From: Amoebophrya sp. A120
Lineage: Eukaryota > Protista > Dinoflagellata
Length of the DNA: 64,000 bases
Assembly (NCBI GenBank): GCA_905178155.1
Contig: CAJINV010000002.1
Coordinates: forward strand, 5,699,709 to 5,763,708
Reading direction: 5' to 3'
How positions within the stretch are numbered: the stretch's first letter is position 1; every line of letters starts with the position of its first letter. The notes beneath the pieces are model-generated. The model did no database searches. It had not been told where the DNA came from and worked only from the letters and a program-made list of their open reading frames with translations. The translations under genes and the position numbers were made by a program. Below are positions 17,928-29,310 of this stretch, one piece after another.

Positions 17928-18862
17928 TGAGTTGGGGGGAGCTGGAAATAGGATAGGAAGTGATCATCTTCTTCCGCAAATAGAGTGAATGTCTGGAGGA
18001 AGAGACGACGCAAATCTAATGAACAGAAAAATTTAGCGATGACGGGCACGGGCTGACCGGCGTTAACTCGTATGTTATTGAGAGCATTTTTGCTGGGCGA
18101 CCGAGAAGGAAAATGAAAAGTGAGAAGCTCTGCCAGCGGTCTGGGACTTGAGATAATTGTGTCTTATACGAAAATAAGTTTCATGATTTTCAATTTTAAC
18201 AAGTTGGCTTCTAACACAAGTAGCACCAAACAGTTGTACGGGGTCACTTTATGCGGGCTAATGTGGAAGGCCTCGTGTTCGTGTTCCTCGTCCTACTTAT
18301 TCATTTTCTCCCGCTTCTTCGTGGCAGTCGCAGTAGAGAAAAGGAACCGTTTTCATCCAAAGTGCAGATCTTCTTCGGTGCTATTTCGCCTTTCGTGATA
18401 GATCGGTCGCAGACAAGCCGGATCCTCCTTGGTCATTGGACAGCTGCAGTCGTGCTTCGCTGCTTTAGTTTGAATATATGTGGTTCCAACTTTACACTGT
18501 CGCATGACATGCGGCCGGAGTGTTTTTTTTTATTTTCAAAATCACTGTTGTCGTTTCATCGTTTTTCATCTACCGCCCTAATCCTAGCGATGGAGTTTTT
18601 TTATACAGAGGCACCAGAAGATGGCGCTCCTTTCTAGCATTATCGCTGATATCGATTTTTCGCTTTCAGTTGTCAGAACTCTCTTTCCTAGTGTCAAACC
18701 AGCTTCTCTGGAATTTTTTTCAGTACCATGAAAAATGAACAGGAAAATAATTATGTAGTCTCCTAGCTGCTCCCTTTGAAAATGAACGGGCAGCTCCAGC
18801 AGCTTGAATTTCTCTTCCTCGGCCGCTTCCCCCCGTTAAAGAGGAAGCATCGTCGAGGGAAA

Positions 18863-21800
18863 ATGTCTAGTACTTCTTCAGCAGCGAATACGAAACCGGG
18901 TCTGTCTCACCTGCTTCACAGGACGATAGCATCTGCTGCAGTCATCGCAATTCTAGGTCCACGAGCTGCACTTGGAACAAGCATTGCAGCAGCAGCAGGT
19001 GACACCAGCACGGGTCTTGGCGGCGAGGATGCCTCCAGCCAAGTTTGGCTGCAGTCCTCGATCCAGCGACCGAAACGGTCCTCCTGGCACAACTGCAGTC
19101 GGGGGCCGAACTGCTTTTTTCGGGATGTGTGTTTCCCGGTAGAGGAGGTGTGTCAGGACGCTTTTTATCATTTCTGCTACGACATCATGGAAAACCGAAA
19201 GACCTTGTTTGACCAGGAGATCAAACCAAATTTAGGTGCAGGCGCGGACGAGAACGCGCTACTGGCCAACAAGCTGAGAATAAAGATTGATGAAAATTCT
19301 AGAGGTGGGAAACGAAAAGTGGACGAAGAAGGAAATAAATCTTCAAACGGCATAAAAACAACTGAAGCGAATTCTATCCCCGCGCCGATGAAAGCCAGTC
19401 ACCCCTTCGACTTGTTCCGGCGAAAGATGATTTTCTACCAGCACGAGGACGTGCAGCTAACGGTGATCGACCGTTACAATCTCGAGAATTTGTTTGTCGA
19501 GCCACACTCGAGCGATTCGCAGCATCTGCGGCGCGCCCGGGCGCAGAACGTCCCGGATGTGGTCCCGTCAGACGCGCACGTGCATGTGGAAGTGAAGAAG
19601 TGTAAGTTGACGGATCACGGAGGTGACTGCAAGCCGTTGAAGGAAGACGGTGTAGTAGAGAGCAGGAAAAGGAAATGCAAGAAGAAGGAATTCAGTACGC
19701 CGGCGCAACAGAGTGAAAATATCAAGCAGAAGTACCTCTTCCTGCTGTTCAGGCCGAGCTCTTTAGCGAGGAGGAAACCGTATGGGAACATGCTGCTAGA
19801 CGACTTGGGGTCGATTTTCATGAGCCTGAAATACTTCGGGTTGGAGAAAAAAGCGGTGGAAAAGGGGTTTCAATTGATTCTCCTCGTGGACTCCGTTCTG
19901 GAGGAAGAGGAAAAAGCGGTGTTGGACTTGATCGTGCCGCTACGGAAGTGTCAGAATTGAAATTGACAAAGTCGAAAAATTTGTGATGCACAAAATCGAT
20001 GTCAGTTGGAGCCTCAGTCTCCAAGTGGCGCATGACAAATTTCTGGAGCACCCAAATCCAGTCCGTCACGCTGTTTGGGCAAAGAAGACTGCTCCTGTCA
20101 TGCTACTCTGGCAGCGCGTCGCATACCCCTAAGCAGGCTTGCAATCGGCCTCATTTGCCTGCTCCCCAATACAGGCCTTCAGTGCCCTACATTTTACGCA
20201 TCACAAATTTCTCGATTTTGTCGATTTCGATCCTGGCACACCCATAGCCGCGGAAATTCGTGTGGACAAGAGTGGCGAAGGGGCGAAACCACGTGGACGC
20301 AGACCTGACCTCCTGGGGCGCGGTGATCGCGCAACGGAGTAGAGAACTGGGCCTGATAATGGACGTCGAGGACACAACTACCGAGGAATGTGATGCAGAT
20401 GAAGCAGACGAAATCATAAGCAAACCATCCGCATCAAATAAAGTAGAACCTCCCGCACCGTCAAGAATATCTGTGACTGCAAAAGAGCCTGCAGCTTCAT
20501 CTCCGTCGAGCAACAAGGTTGTCTGCGTGCAGAATTTCATCACCGGTTTCGCGGCCGCCGGGTACGCGAACAGTGACGAAATTCACAACCACTTGTCCAC
20601 CCCAGCGTACAAGGAGATCTACGACGACACCGTCGGTATGGCGCTGTCTTTAGGCTTGGACCGGGGGGGCACCAGTGTGCCGGATTTGCTCGGCTTCCGG
20701 GAGTTTTTGTACGATATGCGGAAGAAGATGAGGCAGGTCGACGTTGATGTTTCGGGTGAGGAAAACCAAAACCAAGGGAACTCTGTACAACTAGCACAGG
20801 ATACAACTAGCATGACAAACACCGTGAACATCCTGGTTGCGCTGCCCTGCTGTCCGGCGGAGTATTTCTTGAAAGGCGAGGGAGGCCGTCGTGACGATCA
20901 GCCGGCGACGCTTGTAATGCCTTCTAGAACCACCAGCACCATAACGCAGAAACTCCCAGGCGCGACCGAGCACTTAGATTCCGTCGTTGTCGGGAAACCT
21001 TTGGTCGCGACTCGGTACGTGCTAGACGAAGACCACGCTGCAATTCCGGGGAACAGACCTGGGTGTGCGACGTTTGATATAATTGACAGTTCTGCAAGCA
21101 CTTCGGAAGCAGGAGGACATCAAACAGGCCCAGGACCCTCACAACTCTCCGGTAGAAAAAATCCACTGCAGGATAAGGTCGAGGCAGTTATCAAAGCGCT
21201 AAACTCCGACCTGCCTCCTGAGAGCAAAAAGTTTTCCGTCTCGTTCGTCAATAGTTGCGAGTTCCTACCGGCGTATTACTTGGCGAAGGCGAAATCAGAA
21301 TCTGAATCCTCCACGAAAGGGGCCACTAGCACTTCTCCTTCCTACGCGGCAAAAATTTTGCAGCATATGGAAAACGTCGACATTCTTTTCACCCTCGCCG
21401 GGTTCGACGCGTTCGAGCACGATGCGTTCGTGACTCAGGCGGTTCTGTTGCCGCAACTCGCGACGATACTAGCTCCCTACCGGTCGATGGAGGCAAAAGA
21501 CAAGGCGAAAATTGACGAGGCGAGCTTTAACCTGTTCAACATGGAAAGTCTCTTTCCCAGGCACACGAGGGTTCTACCGAGCCATCACGGGGCGCTGTTT
21601 CAGTTGCGGAGGCTGCTGAGACACCGCGCGTATTTGAACGTGCAGGAGTTTCCCATGTACCCCGTGGCGGTAGGAGCAACTGCCACGAGTGGAGGAGGTA
21701 AAGGTGCTGCTGTCCGTGTCGAAGAAGAGGAGCAGGCAAGAATTACGCCGAGTCTCACGGTGTCCTACAATGTGACGAAGCACCGGAATTTCCTCAGGAA

Positions 21801-24800
21801 AGAACTCTTGCGGTATCAGGGTTTCAAGCTTGGCGTGAAAGAGGAGACGTCAGCTTCTACTTCAAGAGCGACCAACGAGGCGAAAATAAAAGCACCAAGC
21901 GACGAAAACGACGATCATCTGACAGAAACGGAAAGACTAATCCAGCAAATCGCGACGAAAACTGGCAAGCGCAACCCCTCCCATTCGCTCGCGTATTCCT
22001 TCTGTGACCAGGATACCACCAGGACGAACATTGGGGAGTACTGTCAGGTGCAGATCTGGTCCGCGGGCGGCTGCTCTAACCTGCCGCTCGCGTTTGGCGG
22101 CCCGCAGGACTTTTACAAATGGTATTACGCACAGAATTTTGACACCTTTGTCGAAGACACGACGGAGTGGACGACGAGCTCGGAGTTGCGACACTGGCGA
22201 GTCTGCTACGGGGTGAACGTGGATCCCCATGTGGTTGCCAGGAAAAAATCCCTAGAGAAAGAACTGGCGGTGAGAACGTCGTCGAGTGGCTCTTCTGGTG
22301 GCGCCGGAGGCGATAGTAGTACTTTATCAACATCAGCTCTTTCAAATAAATCGTCTCCCTGGTCCACTTTCACGTCGAAGCAAGCGCAGAGAGAAGAGCT
22401 TGCCACTCTCCAAACCGAGGACCTCGCCGCGGGGATAATCCACTTGGATAAGAAAATTGCGGAGCAATTCGCGCAAAAGTACAGCACCACGGCGGCGTAT
22501 GGAGACGTCGCCGGTTGGCGCCACACACTAGCGGTGAACCAGTACTCACCGGGGTTGTTGGGGGTCTTGAAGCTGCCCTGCCCGCGGAGATCTTACCAAG
22601 TGAAGTTGGAGAATGTGTTGTCTTTGGACACCGGGAATAAAGTACTGGAACCAGCAATCTTCTCCGACAAGGACGAGCCGGCCTTCTCGACCTTGTCGGC
22701 AGACCAGACGAACGGCGGCGGGTATGGCAGGAGTGGCAGGTGCTCGTTGGTGTTTGCGCCGACGGTCGGGTGGGTAGAGGAAATACTAGGTGAGGATGAA
22801 AATGAGGAACTGTCACCAGTGAATAAGGATGACGAATATCCATTTGACTTAGTAACCGGGAGTGGTCTACTTCAAAAGGGGTCGGCGCTCAGAAAATCTT
22901 CCTCATCCAGATCAACAACAAAACCCGTCCTGCTCGCGCGTACCAAAATGGCGGTGCCAGTGGTTGACGACGCTAAGATCGTTGCGCGGGAAGCCGGACT
23001 CACCACGCATCTCGACGCGTACTACCGCCCGGAGTACGGGAATTATTCTTTCCGGTTTCTGCCGACAGTTGGGTCGTCATCTGATCCACGTGAAGTCGCA
23101 AATAGGTGGGAAGACGGGGACTCTGTGGTCGCGGCAGAAGAGGAGGTGTTGAAACGGGCGGTGGAAGCGGAGATGAAGAAGGCGTCTTCTAGTTCAACAT
23201 CAGAGTCAACATCTGCTTCTTCTCCTCTTGCGCCAACCGATATTGAAACAATTTTGCTGAAGAAAGACGAGATAGAGCCTGAAACAAAAACAGCAACCAC
23301 AGCCTTCGAAGAGCTTGTAGTCCCGCCGAGAATCGATCTCGGCGCCGACTTCCCGGAATTCCTGAAGCAGCACCTGCTCCACGCGCTTGCACACCGCAAC
23401 CGACACGGTGCGAAGGCAGAGGATAGAAGTAGTAAGATGAACAACGAGATGAATAAATCAGGAGCAGCGTCTCTCTCATCTGCTAAAAGCAAGCAACAAG
23501 AAGACTACTCTTCCCATCTCTGCAACCTCGGCCCGAACTGTTACTTCCAAAACATTTGCTTTCAGCAATTCGCGAACCACAACCAGGCAAAGCCGGTCCC
23601 CCCGCACGGACACATGAGCCACAAAAAGATCACGCTGGAAGTAGATTTGGCGTATGCCATGTCGAGGGAGGAACATGTGATCTTGACAACCGCGGAGGAC
23701 CGGAACGACGTGAAGACGCTGCCGGGGTCGTTTCTGGGGAAATTGTGGACCAGTGTCAACTACCCGGTCTTGGCGAACCGCAAGGACGAATGCGCGGAAA
23801 TCCGGGTGAACGTGTACAGCAGCAGTAGGAGCAGCGTGTTTGGCAATCGGGAGGGGAAAGAGGATGAAATTTTTGGAAGGTGGGGCAGCTAGTTGCTTTT
23901 GTTTAAGTAGTTTTTTTTGCCTATGTTGTATGTTGAAACCCGCCCTTGCAGTGGCCGAAAGATGAATTCTTGTTGAGATGTTTTTAGCTGCATATACTAG
24001 TCCCACCCTGCCCGTTTCATTTCCAACGTCTTCTTCACATCATCAGCCCTTTGATCGATTCAGGTTGAACACAGCGAACCGCATGACCGCAGACCAACTC
24101 CGGACCTTCGGCACGGCGGATTTCAAAACGCTGCTCCACACCGTAGACCGGGTCAACGCGCCGCTGCTTGTTGAGTCCGAGGAAAACAAAGACCAATTTT
24201 ACAGCAGGTTCACCCGCGGGCCGGAGGAACTGGACCGGGTCTTTTACCCGCGGATCATCGAGCGACACCCGCTGTGGGACTTCCTACGGACCAGCCACCA
24301 GAGCAACAGCGTGGAAGAGGGGGATGAGAAACTGTTGGCGAAGGTACTAGGATGAAGAAGTGAAGACAACTTATGAATGTCGCCTGCATAATTAGACTGA
24401 TTCATATCTTATCAGGGTGTAGTTGAAGAAGAAGAAGAAGAACATGCAAAATGAAATTCCCAAGACAAGTTTTGTGTCTTTTCTACATGAACAAGATCTG
24501 CATGAATAGAATTATTCGTCCAAACAGCGCTGCGCCGACACGGCTTCCTCCGTCGCGAACGACAACGATCCGCGCACGCCCGTCGCCGTGATTTTTGGCC
24601 GGTACAAGTGCTGCGCGCACAACGTCGGCCATGTGCTGCTCGATGAGGCGATTGCGGTGTACCGGTTCCTGGAGTATTGGGAACTCTTAGACCACAAGAA
24701 GTACAAAATCTACCTCTTCCTCGAAAAGCTGAAAAACGCGGAGTATTTTTACCTTACCGCGGACAAGATCTTCACGTGGGATGAGCTTCCTATGGAAGTG

Positions 24801-26921
24801 TCAGAATCGAAATTGACAAAATCGAAAAACTTGCGATGCACAAAATCGATGTCAGTTAGAGCCTCAGTTTCCAAGTGGCGAGTGAGCACCCAAATCCAGA
24901 CTGTCATGCTGTTTGGGCAACGAAGACTGCTCCTGTCGTGCTACTCGGGCAGCACCTCGCATACCCCTAAAGACGAGGCTTGCAATCGGTTTCATTTGCC
25001 TGCTCCCCAATACAGGTCTCCAGTGCCCTACGTTTGATGCATCACAAATTTTTCGATTTTGTCGATTTCGATCCTGACACATCCATACTTCCGAAGTTCG
25101 GCTGCTTCAAGCACCTGATCGCAGGGCAGGCGAGACTGGGGTATTACAATCCGTATGATTGGCACAAGGGCATGAAGGACCAGTACGACATCCTGACCCG
25201 GTATGGGACTGTCAGGATTGAAATCGTCAGAGTTGAAATGATTTGTCATGCATAAAATGCGATACAGAAATTGCCTCTATTGCAGAGGACGCACGGGAGG
25301 CAGACTATAGTCCTGGTAAGGGTCAAAAGTTGGACTGCTGACTAGCATGACAGAAGGCAGCTCTTTTGCCCTAAACCGCATGACAGACTCGCTTCCAGGA
25401 CCGGGGAAATTTGTCATGCGCCGACTACAAACTGTAGGTCTAACTGGTGTCCGTTTTATGCATCACAAATCATTTCAACTTTGACGATTTCAATCCTGAC
25501 ACTCCCATACCCGGGCCCCCAAGTCCGCACCGTTCGGGATGTTTTTCCCGTTTCGGGACTACGTCATGCGGAAGTACAACGTCGGTAAATATTTCGGCGG
25601 GGTTGTCGAGAACTTGAGAAAAAACGCGATTAGTGAAGAAGGTGGCGAAGGTCGTCCTGGTCATGGATCATCTGCTTCTTCATTACAACAAGCACGACGG
25701 CTCTACACGGTTTCCATTTTCCAGAAAGACGCGTGGAAGAGCGAGAACTGCTGCGTTTTCGTGAACGCCGAGGAGTTCCGAGACATGCTGTTATCGGACA
25801 AAACCCTGCCGATTAAGGAAGTTAGGTTGATTATCGCAAGAAAAAACTGTTTCACTGTGAACTTGTGATGCAGAGAACGAAACACCAAAGTGTTTGTCTT
25901 GCTACACCTGCAACACAATGGATTTTTAAGTGTGTTTTCCCTTGGAAAACGCGCATGGCAAATTTTCTGTGTCATGTGTAGCAAACTTGTGATGCAGATC
26001 TTGCAAAACCAGCACAGTGAAACAGTTTTTTCGTGGGATATTGATCAACTGGGTGCGGAAATCGAACCTGCCACCGAACCAGATGTTTGTGAACGAAGAA
26101 GACCGGGTGGAAAACAGCACGGGCTTGGAACTAAGTGTGCCGGGAATGACAGGAATCGCGCCGGAATTCAACGACCCAGACAGGCGGCAGTGTCTGAACT
26201 CCGAGTATTGCTGTTTGACGTCGTTTACTTACCCGGAAATCGAAATGTACTTTCCGTGTCGACGGCGCACCACTTGCCTTCATTGCATGAAAAACAAAAT
26301 CGAAATCATTTTTATGCTTTCATTGTATTCGCTCGTCTGAACAGGTATTCGATGCAGGAGCAGGTGCACCTGATGGCGACGACGGACATCTTGATTTCCT
26401 TCTCGGGCGCGGACATGGGCAACATCGTTTTCCTCCCGGAGAAATCCGCGGTGATCTCGTTTTCGCGCTACATGGGCTGGAAGGGCGACCCGACGGACAC
26501 GACGAAACAGCCGGGGTGGCGCACCTCGTTCGAGCTCGCGAGCTGGGGGCGGCACCGGCCGTACCTGATCCGGAAGGAGTACGCGCTGGAGATCACCGGG
26601 ATGTACAATTACTACGCCATTTCGAACGAGGAAAACGAGAAAAAGGCCAACGCCCGCCCGGTCTTCCTGGTCCGGCCGCGGAAGGAGGGCCCGGCGCACA
26701 CGCCGAAGATCAACGAGGTGAGCAAGCGGTTTCAGAGCTTCCTGAACGAAACCAGCCACCGGAACGCGCGGGACGGGCGGATGATCAAATTCTTGCACAT
26801 GGGAAAGCTGCCGCAGATCTTGAAGATGATCCGCAGCATCGTGCGGGAGCTGGACGAGGTGCACGGAATTCACGCGGATTTGGGGCTGTACGAACACGGG
26901 GTGAGAGGGGCGGCGTTGTGA
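18863..26921 (+). CDS. Large membrane/secretory glycosyltransferase-like protein (GT61/DUF563-like), probably two related domains; 4 introners plus GT-AG introns
   Basis: N-terminal hydrophobic stretch. Motifs HNVGHVLLDEAIAVY and SMQEQVHLMATTDILISFSGADMGNIVFLPEKSAVI resemble GT61. Paired motifs CSRGPNCFFRDVCF / CNLGPNCYFQNICF and YGNMLLDD / VGHVLLDE. Confidence 0.62.
19941..20246. mobile_element. Introner, family D (306 bp)
   Basis: About 49-bp IR TACGGAAGTGTCAGAATTGAAATTGAC / GTCGATTTCGATCCTGGCACACCCATA; duplication GCCGC; restores VPRKFVW. Confidence 0.92.
24791..25087. mobile_element. Introner, family D (297 bp)
   Basis: TATGGAAGTGTCAGAATCG...GATCCTGACACATCCATA; duplication CTTCC; close copy of 19941-20246. 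Confidence 0.93.
25202..25509. mobile_element. Introner, family D (308 bp, opposite orientation)
   Basis: About 55-bp IR TATGGGACTGTCAGGATTGAAATCGTC / GACGATTTCAATCCTGACACTCCCATA; duplication CCCGG. Confidence 0.92.
25832..26040. mobile_element. Introner, singleton family (209 bp)
   Basis: IR TATCGCAAGAAAAAACTGTTTCACTGTG / CACAGTGAAACAGTTTTTTCGTGGGATA; duplication TTGAT; restores RLINWVRK. Confidence 0.92.
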
Positions 26922-27169
26922 GGAGCCACTAGTTCTTGGTGTGGTTCGCTGGGGCGTGGAAAGATTAGAATTGACTAGAGAGGAATGCAGATATTTGCGC
27001 ATTTCCGCAAGAGGAAAAGAAAGTAGTAGTTCGCTAGAGTGCAATGTGAAAATGAACCTAATTGGATTCAACAATATACGGAATGGACATTATACAGCAA
27101 ACACGACGAACACGAAGTGGAGGGAAAAAAGTTCAAACACAGAGGAACGGCGCTAGTAAAGCTGGGTGT

Positions 27170-28340
27170 TGGCACCAGCGCGCGATGCTGTTCTGCAATC
27201 TAAGAAGAAGGCACTCGTCCGAAGCGGTGCGCACGGTGGCACTTCGAGCGTCGCGCAGTTCGTACTGTGCGCCGCAAAGTGGTTCTACTCCAAATTAGAC
27301 GCGCGGCGGCCGATCAAAGTGGCCCAGCCTTTGGCCCGTGTCCACGTCGCCTACGACTACACCGGCAGACTTTTAACGAGGAGACTGGCCCAGCTCGTTT
27401 GTCGCGACAAGGACGGGCAAGATAAGCACCGCCGCGGCTGGTGCGTCGTGGGAGCGACGCCGGCGGAGTCGGCTCGCGCCCCCAGACCACCGCAATGCAG
27501 GCGATCCGGCGCCGGCTCCCGCTCCCAGCTGGCCCCGTAGGGTCAGCGATCCCGAGCCGCGTGCGCCGGCGCTCCGGGGCATTTTTTGCGGGGTTGGCTG
27601 CGCAGCTTCTTCAGGGGGGCCCGGGAAGGGGGGCCGCGGCCGGGCCCGCGCTTGAAGGTCTGGCTTAACGGGCAGGCAGCCGAGGCGCTCACCCAAGGCC
27701 AGCGGCCCTGCCTCCTCCGCCAGCTGTTGAGGGCGCCACGGATGGCGTGCCTGCGGCCTCGTGTCGCCATTCAGCAGGCGGAGACGATTCCAACCGGGCC
27801 GCGCGCGCCGAAGGCCGGCCGCAGGCGTGCGGCCCTGCTGCCGCGGGCGCCCTTGGTCCGGCCGGCAGTCCGCCGGGGCCGGCGGGCGGCCGGAAGGAGC
27901 AGCGGAAGCGCCTGCCGGCGTGTTGCGGCCTCTTTTCGCCCGCATATATGGGGAAGAGGGCGCCGGGCTGTGCCGCTCGCCCCCGTTTGCTTGTGCTTGC
28001 GACAGAGCGCGGGCGGCCTTCCGGGCCGGTGGCGGCCGTGTTGTTGGCCGCGCCCTCGCTAGGCCGGCTGGCCGCCCGCCTTGCTCCTGGGAATGGGGCG
28101 CGGGTACACGCAGGGCCCTTGTTAGCTTGCCTTGCTGCACTGCAGTGTCGCAGCTGGCCGCCCGGCGCAAGGGGCGCCGGGCTTTTCGCGCCCCGGCTGC
28201 CGTCGGCACAAACGGCGCATGAGAGAGCTCTGCGTCTCCTTTGATTGTAGCAGGGCGCCCATGCAGAAGTGGCACTTTTCTCGGGGCACGTGCAGACGCG
28301 ACTGCCCAGCCCCCGGCTAGTTTTGAGTGTGAGGCCGCTC
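27170..28340. other. GC-rich intergenic island of unknown nature
   Basis: Abrupt compositional shift (27841-27900 has 52/60 G+C); only Arg/Ala/Gly/Pro-rich shadow ORFs; boundaries approximate. Confidence 0.6.
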
Positions 28341-29310
28341 GCAATTAGGCATAGGAACTACATTCGGATGCTGAAAGTTGTGTCACTTCGCCTTTTTTTT
28401 GTTCGGAAAGAAGTACTCACAGAGCGCTGCTACTGCTCCGCACCTTGACCACTGACTTGTGATGAACTTTGGCACTAGACCTCTGTCAAAAATGCTGTGT
28501 GAATTCTGTGCGCCCTTGGCGATGTTTATTTTTTGCCTGAGCGAGAGAGATGCGCGCCGTGCCAGTAGATGCAGTATTTTTTTTCCGTGTTTATTTTGAA
28601 CGACCCGGGGGTAAGTGAGTGACTCTCATGGGGTGGAGCTACGTGTGTTTGACTATTGAGTTGCATCTCTTGATTTTTATTCGAGTCTCATCTACTAGTA
28701 ATCACAGACCCAATAGAGTACAACCTGTGCAGCTGGAAAGGCATAATCTTACTAATTTCGTTTCCTCAACATCGCGATTGCGTTTATTAGCACTTCCCCG
28801 GCGCAAGAACCATTTCAAGCACTTCAAATGGAGGCCGAAAGTTTCTAGCAGGAGAAGTGTACAAGCTTTTTTGTGGCGGACCGCATTTCGAAGCGACGCC
28901 ATTTTCGAGCACACACATTTTGCTGGGCCGCAAATCACTTCCATTGGCCTGGCTCTGTTGCACCAAATTCGAGGCGCTCCCTAGATGTAGCAGCAATCTT
29001 CAAATCAAAGCTCTCCCCCTCATATTGCGAACTGCATTAGTAGAGGCGGTGCACCATAATTAGCACGTTACTCATCTATTTGATTTTGGAGATTTGCCGA
29101 AAGAGTCTCCCTGTGTGGCTTCCGTGCGACCAAGATGAGTCATCAACGCTTTTTACGTTTGCGAGAAAACGAAAATGTTGCCCTTGCAAGGTGATTGACT
29201 TCGTTTCCTGATCTACTTTCTTGTTTCAAAAAACCGTCCATAGGGAAGTGGTGAGAAGAGTAGAGACAGAGAAGAATCATCACATAGGAAGGACAAGGAC
29301 ACCAGAAAAG

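Noticed and set aside
27150-28325. Helitron call for GC island 1 (ends near ...CCCGGCTAG|T)
   Set aside because: No convincing subterminal hairpin or 5' TC end, and no second copy to define boundaries
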